DNA of 64,000 nucleotides from Spirochaetia bacterium. GTDB taxonomy: Bacteria; Spirochaetota; Spirochaetia; SZUA-6; Bin103. Within the stretch, counting starts at the first letter, position 1; each line of letters starts with the position of its first letter. This document shows, in pieces, positions 39,061 through 48,339 of the stretch. Location: positions 1,088,001 through 1,152,000 of the forward strand of contig CBDATQ010000002.1 of NCBI GenBank assembly GCA_965199955.1. The letters are read 5' to 3'. The notes under the pieces are model-generated. The model was not told the DNA's origin. It saw only the letters and a list, made by a program, of their open reading frames with translations, and ran no database searches. The position numbers and the translations under genes were made by a program.

Positions 39061-39937
39061 TCAGAACCGCCGCTCGGGCCGTTCGCGGTAGAAACGTTCC
39101 AGCGCCTTCCCGGCCGGCGACAGCTCGCCCTCCAGGCGCAGCCCGCCGTGTGAGAGGTTGATGCTGGCCGCAACCTCCGAGGTTCCCGCAACCTCGCCGT
39201 CCGTCTCACCCGCGACCGTCGACGGCGTCCACCCAGTGCGGGGTCAGGATCTGGTTCCACAGGAGCGTTCCCGGCGGCATGGCGTAACTCAGCACGTCCG
39301 TGGAGGTCAGGCCCTCCGGTCTGATCATGCCCTTGCGCCACTCCGGGTCGGCGGCGCGTTCCAGCGGCGCCCACCGGTAGGGGTCGACCAGCCCGTTGAA
39401 CACCTTGGTGCCTTGGATCTGCCAGGCGACCACGTGCGAGACGTCCATGTGGTAGCGGCCGAGAACGTGCGCGCCCGAGATGAAGACGATCGGGTAGCAC
39501 CGGTACCAGGTGAAGCCGGCGCGTCCCAGGAACGCCTGCCACGGCTCCATCACGTCCTTCCAGAGTCCGGCGAACAGGTCGCCGCGGCTGGTGAAGTTGG
39601 TCAGCTTGAAGTGGGACAGCCCGAACGGCATCTCCATGACCCGCTCCAGCGGCAGGGCGCGAAACTCGTCGATGAAGCCGTCCTCGCGGTAGTAGGGGCT
39701 GTCCGGCCGCTCCGGTGACAGATCGCGCAGGCGTACCTCTTCGTCCCGCCGCAACCGGTCGACGATGTCGGCCACCGGTGGCGGCTCGTAGCTGAACGGC
39801 ACGCAGTCGCCGGCCAGCAGGACGTTGCGGGGGCCGCTCCAGTGGGAATGCAGCTCGGCGGCGGTGCGGACGGTCACTCTTCGAGTGACGTTCGCTTCGC
39901 TCACGCCCTCCGGCGGAACTTGACACGGGGCGCTCAT
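39061..39937 (-). pseudogene. Cupin/JmjC-like protein with a frameshift near 39216
   Basis: YHMD, WQIQGTK, PG..LW....PHWV. The natural tail EVAASINLSHGGLRL...ERRF* continues in another frame to the stop at 39061-39063. Confidence 0.7.
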
Positions 39938-39990
39938 AGGCCGTTCACTCTACCACGGCCGGTCCGCACCGCCGCCCGCCTCGCTCGCAC

Positions 39991-40986
39991 ATGGCCCAGT
40001 ACATCGTCAAGCGGCTCCTGCTGCTCTTTCCCACGCTGTTCGTCATCGCCGTCGTGTCGTTCGCCATCATCCACCTGCCGCCGGGCAACTATCTGGACAC
40101 GTATATCGCCAATCTTGCCGCCACCGGCGAGACCGCGACCGAGGACGAGATCGCCGCCCTGGAGGCGCGGTACGGGCTGAACAAACCGCTGCCGGCCCAG
40201 TTCCTGCGCTGGCTGTGGGGCTTCGTGCGCGGCGACTTCGGCCAGTCGTTCCAGCACGAGAAGCCGGTGCGGACGCTGATCGGCGAACGACTCCTGTTCA
40301 CGGTGGTGATCTCGCTGTTATCCATCGTCTTCACCTACGTGATGTCGATCCCGATCGGCATCTACTCGGCGGTGCGCCAATACTCCCCCGCCGACCACCT
40401 GTTCTCGGGCGTCGGCTTCCTGGGTCTGTCGATCCCCAACTTCCTGCTGGCGCTGGTGCTGCTGTTCGTCCTCTACCGCAACTTCGACATCGTCGGCATC
40501 GGCCTGTTCTCCGACGAGTACATCGAAGCGCCGTGGAGCTTCGGCAAGGCGGTCGACCTGCTCAAGCACCTGATCATCCCCGTGATCGTGATCGGGACTG
40601 CCGGCACCGCCGGGCTCATCCGCGTCATGCGAGGCAACCTGCTCGACGAAATCTCGCGCCAATACGTGATCACCGCGCGTGCCAAGGGACTGGGCGAACG
40701 GCGGCTGCTGTTCAAGTACCCGGTACGGCTGGCCGTGAATCCGCTCGTGTCGAGCGTCGCGTGGCTGCTGCCGGAGATCATCTCCGGAGAGACGATCACC
40801 GCGGTCGTGCTCAGCTTGGCGACCGTGGGTCCGCTGCTGCTCTCGTCACTGCTTGCCCAGGACATGTTCCTGGCCGGCACCATCGTGATGTTCATGGCGT
40901 TCCTGACCGTCGTGGGGACCTTGGTCTCCGATCTCCTGCTGGCCGTGATCGATCCGCGCATCCGCTTCGAACAGCGCGGGGCGTGA
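39991..40986 (+). CDS. Peptide/nickel ABC permease (DppB/OppB-like)
   Basis: YIVKRLL, GDFGQS, TARAKGL, DPRIR. Confidence 0.93.
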   Translation: MAQYIVKRLLLLFPTLFVIAVVSFAIIHLPPGNYLDTYIANLAATGETATEDEIAALEARYGLNKPLPAQFLRWLWGFVRGDFGQSFQHEKPVRTLIGERLLFTVVISLLSIVFTYVMSIPIGIYSAVRQYSPADHLFSGVGFLGLSIPNFLLALVLLFVLYRNFDIVGIGLFSDEYIEAPWSFGKAVDLLKHLIIPVIVIGTAGTAGLIRVMRGNLLDEISRQYVITARAKGLGERRLLFKYPVRLAVNPLVSSVAWLLPEIISGETITAVVLSLATVGPLLLSSLLAQDMFLAGTIVMFMAFLTVVGTLVSDLLLAVIDPRIRFEQRGA

Positions 40987-41002
40987 ACGGGGTGGCCACC
41001 GC

Positions 41003-42148
41003 ATGAGCGAGGCGTCGACGGGTCTCCCCACGACCGGGCGGTCCGCGGCCGACTCCGCCGAGGAACGGCTGTTCGTCGCCTCGCAGTGGCGGCTCATGTG
41101 GCTGAAGTTCCGCCGGCACAAGGTCGCGCTGGTCGGCGTCGCGGTGACCGCGCTTTTCTACCTGCTGGCCGCCTTCTGCGAGGTCGTCGCTCCCTACGAC
41201 CCGCGGCACCGCCACGGCCGCCACACCTTCGTGCCGCCGCAGGCCGTACACTTCTACGACAGCGAGGGCGGCTTCTCGCTGCGGCCGTTCGTATACAAGC
41301 TTGACCGCCACATCGACCCGCGCTCGCTGCGCCGCAGCTACACGGAGGACCGGTCGCAGCGGTACTACGTCAAGCTGTTCACTCGCGGCCAGCAGTACGC
41401 CTGGTGGGGGCTGTTCGAGACCGACCTGCACCTGTTCGGTGTGGACGAGGAGGCGACCATCTTCCTGCTGGGCACCGACCGGCTTGGCAGGGACATGCTG
41501 TCGCGCATCCTGTATGGGGCGCGCATCTCGCTGTCGATCGGCCTGATCGGCGTGGCGATCAGCCTGGTTCTGGGGCTGCTGCTCGGTGGCATATCCGGGT
41601 ACTACGGCGGCCTCACCGACACCGTCGTGCAGCGCGTCATCGAGTTGCTGCGCTCGTTCCCGACGATCCCCCTGTGGTTGGCGCTGAGCGCTGCGATCCC
41701 GGAAACGTGGACGCAGGTGGAGCGGTATTTCGCCATCACCGTGATCCTGTCCGTGCTCGGCTGGACCGGACTGGCGCGTGTGGTGCGCGGCAAGCTCCTG
41801 GCCTTGCGCGAGGAAGAATTCGTCACCGCGGCGCTGGTGGCCGGGGAACGCGAGGGGCCCATCATCCGCCGCCACCTGCTGCCGTCGTTCATGAGCCATA
41901 TCATCGTGTCCATCACGTTGAGCATCCCCGGCATGATCCTGGCGGAGACCGGGCTGAGCTTCCTGGGCCTGGGGCTGCGCCCGCCCGAGATCAGCTGGGG
42001 CGTGCTGCTCAAGGAGGCGCAGAACATCACCGCGGTGGGGCTGAACCCCTGGCTGCTGCTGCCGGCGGTCCCGATCGTGCTGACCGTGCTGGCGTTCAAC
42101 TTTGTCGGCGACGGCCTGCGCGACGCGGCGGACCCGTACAAGGCTTGA
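41003..42148 (+). CDS. Peptide/nickel ABC permease (DppC/OppC-like)
   Basis: LGTDRLGRD, ETGLSFLGLG, SWG.LL, GDGLRDAADP. Confidence 0.93.
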   Translation: MSEASTGLPTTGRSAADSAEERLFVASQWRLMWLKFRRHKVALVGVAVTALFYLLAAFCEVVAPYDPRHRHGRHTFVPPQAVHFYDSEGGFSLRPFVYKLDRHIDPRSLRRSYTEDRSQRYYVKLFTRGQQYAWWGLFETDLHLFGVDEEATIFLLGTDRLGRDMLSRILYGARISLSIGLIGVAISLVLGLLLGGISGYYGGLTDTVVQRVIELLRSFPTIPLWLALSAAIPETWTQVERYFAITVILSVLGWTGLARVVRGKLLALREEEFVTAALVAGEREGPIIRRHLLPSFMSHIIVSITLSIPGMILAETGLSFLGLGLRPPEISWGVLLKEAQNITAVGLNPWLLLPAVPIVLTVLAFNFVGDGLRDAADPYKA

Positions 42149-42230
42149 TTCGCGCGGGGCACCGCGCTACCATCCGGCGTCCGCCCCGTGCGCGGCGCGA
42201 GGCGACATCACCAACCACAAGGAGTTCGAC

Positions 42231-44171
42231 GTGTCCTATGTTCGTTTTTTCATAGCGGCTGTCCTGCTGACCGCAGCGGCCGCCCTGGGCGTAGCCCAGG
42301 CCGGCGTGGGGTACCCGCTGGGCCAGTGGGCGACGGTCGCCGCCTTCGAGCGTGACACCGGCGCCTCGATCACGGAGTACAGCGAAGCGCCGGTCCTGCA
42401 GGCCATGGTGGCGGACGGCACGCTGCCCGCCGTCGCCGACCGCCTGCCGCTGGAGCCGGCGGTGGTAGCCCCCGCGGAAGCGGTGGGTCAGTACGGCGGC
42501 ACCTGGCGGCGCGTAGCCACGCGGCCCACGGACAACCGCCTGGCCGACCGGATGGGCTACGAGCCCCTGCTGCGCCGCGCCCGCGACGGCACGGCCGTGG
42601 TCGCCAACATCGCCCACCGCTGGGAGGCGAGCCCCGACGGGACTCAGTTCACCTTCCACCTGCGCGAGGGCATGAAGTGGTCCGACGGCGCGCCGTTCAC
42701 GGCGGATGACATCGTCTACCAGTTCGAGAACGTCTACTCGAACGAAGAGGTCACCCCGGTGTTCCCGTCGTGGCTGACGGTGAAGACCGTGCCGCCCACC
42801 CTGACCAAGGTCGACGATCAGACCATCATCTTCACGTTCGCCGACACCAACGGCCTGTTCGAGGAGGTGCTGACCTTCCGCGGCGACGGCATCTTCGCTC
42901 CCAGGCACTACCTGGAGCAGTTCCACGCCGACTTCACCGACAAGGACAAGCTCAACGAGGCCGCCCAGGCCGAAGGTTTCGAGCTGTGGCATCAGCGCTA
43001 CGGCCAGTTGAACAACGTGACGCTGAACCAGGACCTCCCGACCATCCGCCCGTGGAGGCTTGCCACTGAGGCGACCGGCGTGACGCGCCAGATCGCCGAG
43101 CGCAACGCCTTCTACTGGAAGGTGGACACGGCCGGCCAGCAGCTCCCGTACATCGACCGCATCGCGATCGACGTGGTGGAGAGCGGCGAGGCCGCCAACT
43201 TCAAGGCGATGGCGGGCGAGATCGACATGCAGTCGCGCTACATGAGCTTCGGGAACTTCACGCTGTTCGTCGAGAACGAGGCGGCGGAGGACTACCAGGT
43301 GCGGCAGTGGGTCAACCCGATCCCGGACGCGCTGAAGTTCAACCTGACCCACGAGGACGCGGTGCTGCGCGAGCTGTTCAACGAGCGTGACTTCCGCATC
43401 GCCATGTCCAAGGCCATCGACCGCGAGGAGATCAGCGACCTGGTCTACCTGGGCGTCGCCACTCCGTGGCAGGCGGTCCCGGTCGAGGCAGATCCGTTCT
43501 TCGTGCCGCCCGTGCACATCGACTACGATCCGGACGGCGCCAACAAGCTGCTCGACGGCATCGGCCTGACCGCCCGCGACGGCGACAACATGCGCCTGCG
43601 CCCGGACGGGAAGGAGCTGAATATCATCATCTCCTCCTACGGCGCCGAGGAGGCCGGCGGCGGAGCCGACATGCTGGAGCTGATCAAGGACCATTGGGAG
43701 GCGGTCGGCATCCGCACCTCGATCTCGATCGAGGACCGCAGCCTGTGGTCCGAGCGCCGAGCGTCCGGTGAGTTCATGGTGAACGCCTACCTGACCGTCG
43801 GCATTCACTGGTCGATCGACCCCAACTGGTACGTGCCCGTGAGCGGCTCGCAGCACGGCTGGGCGCCCGAGTCCGCGCGCTGGTACGCCTCGAACGGCGA
43901 GGCCGGCGAGGAGCCGACGCCCGAGATCAAGCAGCTCCAGGAGTGGTACGGGCAGATGCAGACCACCGCCGATCCGGATGAGCGCATCGCCATCGGCAAG
44001 AACATCATCCAGTCGCACGTCGACAACGTGTGGATGATCGGCACGGTCCGCTACCCGGCGGTCGCGATCGTCAAGAACAACTTCCGCAACGTGCCGGAGA
44101 CGGTCATCCAGAGCTGGCGCCTGAAGAGCCCCGGCTACACCAACGTGGAGCAGTACTGGATCGAAGGCTGA
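42231..44171 (+). CDS. Family 5 ABC solute-binding protein
   Basis: LP.V..RLP..P, GQYGG, LREGMKWSDG.PFTADD, RN.FYWKVD..G.QLPYID; AGGAG ribosome-binding site before GTG. Confidence 0.92.
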   Translation: MSYVRFFIAAVLLTAAAALGVAQAGVGYPLGQWATVAAFERDTGASITEYSEAPVLQAMVADGTLPAVADRLPLEPAVVAPAEAVGQYGGTWRRVATRPTDNRLADRMGYEPLLRRARDGTAVVANIAHRWEASPDGTQFTFHLREGMKWSDGAPFTADDIVYQFENVYSNEEVTPVFPSWLTVKTVPPTLTKVDDQTIIFTFADTNGLFEEVLTFRGDGIFAPRHYLEQFHADFTDKDKLNEAAQAEGFELWHQRYGQLNNVTLNQDLPTIRPWRLATEATGVTRQIAERNAFYWKVDTAGQQLPYIDRIAIDVVESGEAANFKAMAGEIDMQSRYMSFGNFTLFVENEAAEDYQVRQWVNPIPDALKFNLTHEDAVLRELFNERDFRIAMSKAIDREEISDLVYLGVATPWQAVPVEADPFFVPPVHIDYDPDGANKLLDGIGLTARDGDNMRLRPDGKELNIIISSYGAEEAGGGADMLELIKDHWEAVGIRTSISIEDRSLWSERRASGEFMVNAYLTVGIHWSIDPNWYVPVSGSQHGWAPESARWYASNGEAGEEPTPEIKQLQEWYGQMQTTADPDERIAIGKNIIQSHVDNVWMIGTVRYPAVAIVKNNFRNVPETVIQSWRLKSPGYTNVEQYWIEG

Positions 44172-44207
44172 CCGGTACGCAGAACCCCCAAAGGGGTCTA
44201 CGAACAG

Positions 44208-44245
44208 GAGAGGGCGGCACACTGATTGCCGCCCTCTCTCTGTCT
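44208..44245 (+). terminator. Probable intrinsic terminator after the ABC operon
   Basis: 12-bp stem GAGAGGGCGGCA / TGCCGCCCTCTC followed by a pyrimidine-rich tail; the U-tract is weak. Confidence 0.55.
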
Positions 44246-44295
44246 CCGAATCCCGGGAGCTGATCCAGAATCGCGGCCGTCGTGTAGCATGCTCC

Positions 44296-45567
44296 ATGCT
44301 TCCCGATCAGTTCCTGGTCTTCTACAACTACGATCCCACCGATCCGCCGCGGTTCCACGACGGGCCGATCGACGGCGACTACTTCGACTGGCTGTTCGAG
44401 ATGCTGGCCGGCACCGGGCTGACCTTCCTGTACCGGTGCAACACGGCCGGCCGCGCCTACTACCCGTCGCAGGCGATGGCACCGTTCGACCATGGCTGTG
44501 TCGACCCGCACAACCCGGCGGCGCAGTACTGGCACCGCGTGGCCGACATCCTCGACATCGGCGATCCGCTGGCCAGCGCCGTGGAGGCGGCGCGCCGGCA
44601 CGGCGTGCCGATCTGGGGCTGGGTCAACTGGAACGAGTTCCAGTGCGTGCGCCGCGACTACGTGTCCCTGGTGGACCCGGTCTGGTACGCCGCGCCGCGC
44701 AAGTACTGGTGCTCGCGCGACGGGTCGCGCTTCTATCACGGCATTCCCGATTTCGGCGACGCGGAGGTGCAGGAGCGGCTGGCGGCGATGACCAGCGAGC
44801 TCTTGGGCTACGGCATCGACGGCCTCTACCTGTCGACCCGCTCGCATAGCTGGTACGCCTGCTTCGACACCCCCGGCTGGGACGAGCACCTGGAGCCGTT
44901 CGGCTTCACCGACCGCGTGGTCGCCGACTACCGCGAGCGGCACGGCGTGAACATCCGCTACGAACCGTACGACACCGAGGAGTTCTACCGGATCAAGGGC
45001 GAGCACTTCTCGGAGGTGATCACCCGCACCGGCAGCCAGATGCACGGCGCCGGCAAGCCGTTCGTGGTGGGCCTTTCGCCGGACCGCTACGAGCTGTGCG
45101 TGGCGTTCGGGGACGGCAGGATGGCCGGGGGCCCGCACCTGCTGCTGTACAAGGACTGGGAGCGCTGGGCGGCCGACGGGTCGGTGGACGGGATCTGCTC
45201 GGAGCGCGCCTGTCCGCACGAGGTGATCCTGGACGCGCCGCCCCTGGAGCTGTTCCGCCGCACCCTGCCGGAGGGGTTCCCGCTGTTCCTGTGGCTGGAC
45301 AACGCCCGCTTCATCAACCGCGACTACGGGCCGTTCCACCTGGGCAATTGGGACCGGTACTCGGTCGACGAGGTGATCGGCATGGTGAGCGCGGCCCGGC
45401 AGGCGGGCGCCCGCGGGGCGTTCCTGCACTCGCTGTACCACTACACCTCGCTCGACTCGGGCGGCGAGCCGATCGGCGGCCCGGCCGAGGAACCGGGTGG
45501 CTACGGCGTGCTGCCGCGCCGGGAGTGCCTGGATGCGCTACGCCGCTGGTCGGCCGCCGATGCCTGA
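44296..45567 (+). CDS. GHL10-like TIM-barrel protein
   Basis: YYPS, DPL..AVEAARRHG..IWGW, DF.D.EV, YGIDGL.L, DWE.W..DG.VD. Confidence 0.7.
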   Translation: MLPDQFLVFYNYDPTDPPRFHDGPIDGDYFDWLFEMLAGTGLTFLYRCNTAGRAYYPSQAMAPFDHGCVDPHNPAAQYWHRVADILDIGDPLASAVEAARRHGVPIWGWVNWNEFQCVRRDYVSLVDPVWYAAPRKYWCSRDGSRFYHGIPDFGDAEVQERLAAMTSELLGYGIDGLYLSTRSHSWYACFDTPGWDEHLEPFGFTDRVVADYRERHGVNIRYEPYDTEEFYRIKGEHFSEVITRTGSQMHGAGKPFVVGLSPDRYELCVAFGDGRMAGGPHLLLYKDWERWAADGSVDGICSERACPHEVILDAPPLELFRRTLPEGFPLFLWLDNARFINRDYGPFHLGNWDRYSVDEVIGMVSAARQAGARGAFLHSLYHYTSLDSGGEPIGGPAEEPGGYGVLPRRECLDALRRWSAADA

Positions 45568-47152
45568 TCGGGCGGGGGAGCCCGGCACGCGAGGCGCGCC
45601 GCGCCTCATGTTCTACAACGACGGCCGCCATCCGCTGATCTACCAGCTCGAGCCGCCGATCCGGACGGACGAGCTCGAGATCGCGGTCGACGAGCTGGCG
45701 GGCACGCCGGTCGACGCGCTGATGTTCTGCCTGGGCGACGGCCGCACGGTGCTGCACGATACCGAGGTCGGCGAGCTCTGGGGCCACAACGTGGCGAGCT
45801 GGCCGCACATGATATTCCACCGCGCTCACCGCAACGCCAAGGGGCTGATCGACGCCGGGCACGACCCGCTGAGGGTCGTCTGCGATCGCGCGCACGCCAA
45901 GGGCATGCGCTTCTACCCGACGCTGCTGGTGCAGAACGGCCGTGGCGACGACGACGTGCGCTGCTCGGAGTTCCGGTTCGCCAACGCCCATCTCGAGATC
46001 GGGGCGGACGGCGCGCTGCCGCCCGACCACCCCGCCGCGCGCTGCCTGGACTTCGCCCATGCCGAGGTTCGCGACGAGCGCTTCGCGCTGATCGAGGAGA
46101 CCCTCGGCCGCTACCCCGTGGACGGGTTCGAGCTGCAGCTCGCCTATCGCCCTTGGTACTTTCGTCCGGAGGCCGTCGACGCCGGCCGGCGGATCATGAC
46201 CGGGTGGATCGAGCGGGTGCACGCGGCGGTCAAGGCGGGCGGCGCCGAGCGGGAGATGGTCGTGCGCGTGCCGGCCAGCATCGAGGGGTGCCGCGCCTCC
46301 GGCCTCGACGTCGCGGAATGGCTGCGCCTCGGCTTGGTCGACGTGGTGGTAGCCGAAGCCTACGGGGGTCCGGAGATCCTCGACTCGACTATGGACCTGC
46401 GCCCGCTGGTGGCCGCCGCGCGCGGCACGCGGGGTAGGGTACATGTCGCACTGCTCCGCCTGGTCGACTCGGACCGCGTGGCTTCGGCGCCGATCGAGAT
46501 GGTGCGTGCGGCCGCCGCGAACTACTGGGACCAGGGGGTGGACGGCCTCTACCTCGCCTACTGGCACGCGGCCTGGCCGTACGGCGCCGACTTCTACGAG
46601 ATACTGCGCGAGCTGCCGCACCCCGACGTGATGGCCGCCAAGGACAAGATCTACTTCGTCCCCACGGCAACCGGCCGCTTCCCCGACCCGGAGACGGAGC
46701 CTGGAGTGGAGCGGCAGCTCCCGGCCCCGCTGACGGCGGGCCGTCCGGCAAGAGCGACGTTCGTGGTGAGCGACGACCTGCCGGGGCAGGACGCCGCCGG
46801 CAGGCTCCACCAGGTCCTGCTGCGGGTGCGGGTGACGGGCGTCAGCGAGCGCGACCGCCTGACCATCCGCCTCAACGGCGCGGAGCTGCCGGCGACCGGC
46901 GGCCGCATCGTCAACCTGACGGCCAACATAAGCTGGACCCGCCACCGGGTGGCAGGCTACTGGTACCTGTTTCCGCTGACCGCCGATTGCTGGCCGCGCC
47001 GCGGCCGCAACACGCTGGAGGTCACCCTCGACGAGGCGGATCCCGAGCTCGCCACACCGCGCGCCTTGCACGACGTCGAGCTCAAGGTCGACTACCTGAT
47101 CGGCAAAAGCTTCACCCGCGACCGCGACCCCGACTTGGGACCGTTCACGTAG
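45560..47152 (+). CDS. GHL10-like TIM-barrel protein
   Basis: YNDG, DPL......AH.KG, LDFAH.EVR, YPVDGFEL, GLDV.EW...LVD, GVDGLY; similar in layout to 33204..34820. Confidence 0.72.
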   Translation: MPDRAGEPGTRGAPRLMFYNDGRHPLIYQLEPPIRTDELEIAVDELAGTPVDALMFCLGDGRTVLHDTEVGELWGHNVASWPHMIFHRAHRNAKGLIDAGHDPLRVVCDRAHAKGMRFYPTLLVQNGRGDDDVRCSEFRFANAHLEIGADGALPPDHPAARCLDFAHAEVRDERFALIEETLGRYPVDGFELQLAYRPWYFRPEAVDAGRRIMTGWIERVHAAVKAGGAEREMVVRVPASIEGCRASGLDVAEWLRLGLVDVVVAEAYGGPEILDSTMDLRPLVAAARGTRGRVHVALLRLVDSDRVASAPIEMVRAAAANYWDQGVDGLYLAYWHAAWPYGADFYEILRELPHPDVMAAKDKIYFVPTATGRFPDPETEPGVERQLPAPLTAGRPARATFVVSDDLPGQDAAGRLHQVLLRVRVTGVSERDRLTIRLNGAELPATGGRIVNLTANISWTRHRVAGYWYLFPLTADCWPRRGRNTLEVTLDEADPELATPRALHDVELKVDYLIGKSFTRDRDPDLGPFT

Positions 47153-47182
47153 GACGACTCACGTCGATGACCACGACCGTAA

Positions 47183-48325
47183 TCAGGGCTCCTCGGTGCC
47201 GAGGTGCTTGCGCAGCTCGCGGAGGTACCACTCCCGGCCCCGGAGCGGTTTCTTGTGATGCAGGCGCGTCTGCTTGGGGAGCAGACGTAGGCTGCGGTCG
47301 GCCAGCGGCAGGCGCACGGGCGCATACCCCTGCCGGTGCGATTCGCGGATGGCGATCGCCATCTCCAGCACCGCGCGGCCGTTGATGCCGTCGCTCAGAG
47401 GGGCGTCGCCCGCGTCGAGCGCGGTCACGAGCTCCTGCACGGTCGCTGCTTGCCGGTTGGCCGGAATCCCCCAGCCGTCGCGGCTGCCCTTGTCCCAGTT
47501 GCGGATCGACCCTTCAGGGAACACGCCGTCGATCGGCTGCAGGCGCTGCCACGAGTCGCGATCGGCTGCCGGTGCGCAGGGATCCTCGTCCGCGCGGCGC
47601 CACATTCGCACCACGTTGTCGCTGACGCGGATCACGCCGCGGCTGCCGGCCGCCTCGATGCCCATGCCGCGGGCGTCGGCGCTGCGGTGCAGGATCGCCT
47701 CCGTACCGGTGACGAAGCGGAAGTAGCCGGCGCCCCCCTGGTCGTGGTCGCTCTCCGCATCGTTCGCCATCCAGCCGATCGCCCAGGCGACGTCGGCGTC
47801 GCCGGCGAACAGCCGCACCAGGCTCAGCACCTGACAGCCGCCGCCTGACAGCTCGGTGCCGCTGCCGCCGGTGGCGGTGATCGAGCTCACCTCGCCGATC
47901 TCGCCCGCTTCGATGAGCGCCAGCGCGGTGCCGTACTCCGGCAGGTTGCGGTCCAAGTCGCCCACCGCCAACGAGACGCCGTTCGCCCGGCACGCCTCCA
48001 CCATGCGGTCGGCGTCCGCCAGGCTGGCCGCCATCGGCTTCTCGCACTGCACCGCCCGGACGCCGGCCTGCGCGCAGGCCACCACGACGTCGGGGCTGGG
48101 GGCCACCGGCAGGATCGCCGCGGCGACGTCGATCCGCTCGCGCGCGAGCATCTCGCGATAGTCGGCGTAACCCGGCACCCCGAAGCGGTCGCAGAACATG
48201 CCCAGCGTCTCCGCGTCGGGGTCGGCCGCCGCGACCACCTCGGTCTGCGGATGGAAACGGTATGCAACCGCGTACTCCACCCCCTTGTGGCCGGGGCCGA
48301 TGATGCCGATGCGATAGCTGGCCAC
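47183..48325 (-). CDS. Gfo/Idh/MocA oxidoreductase
   Basis: GIIGPG, CEKPMA, GEIGEV. Confidence 0.88.
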   Translation of the reverse strand: MASYRIGIIGPGHKGVEYAVAYRFHPQTEVVAAADPDAETLGMFCDRFGVPGYADYREMLARERIDVAAAILPVAPSPDVVVACAQAGVRAVQCEKPMAASLADADRMVEACRANGVSLAVGDLDRNLPEYGTALALIEAGEIGEVSSITATGGSGTELSGGGCQVLSLVRLFAGDADVAWAIGWMANDAESDHDQGGAGYFRFVTGTEAILHRSADARGMGIEAAGSRGVIRVSDNVVRMWRRADEDPCAPAADRDSWQRLQPIDGVFPEGSIRNWDKGSRDGWGIPANRQAATVQELVTALDAGDAPLSDGINGRAVLEMAIAIRESHRQGYAPVRLPLADRSLRLLPKQTRLHHKKPLRGREWYLRELRKHLGTEEP

Positions 48326-48339
48326 CGGCAGACTCTAAC

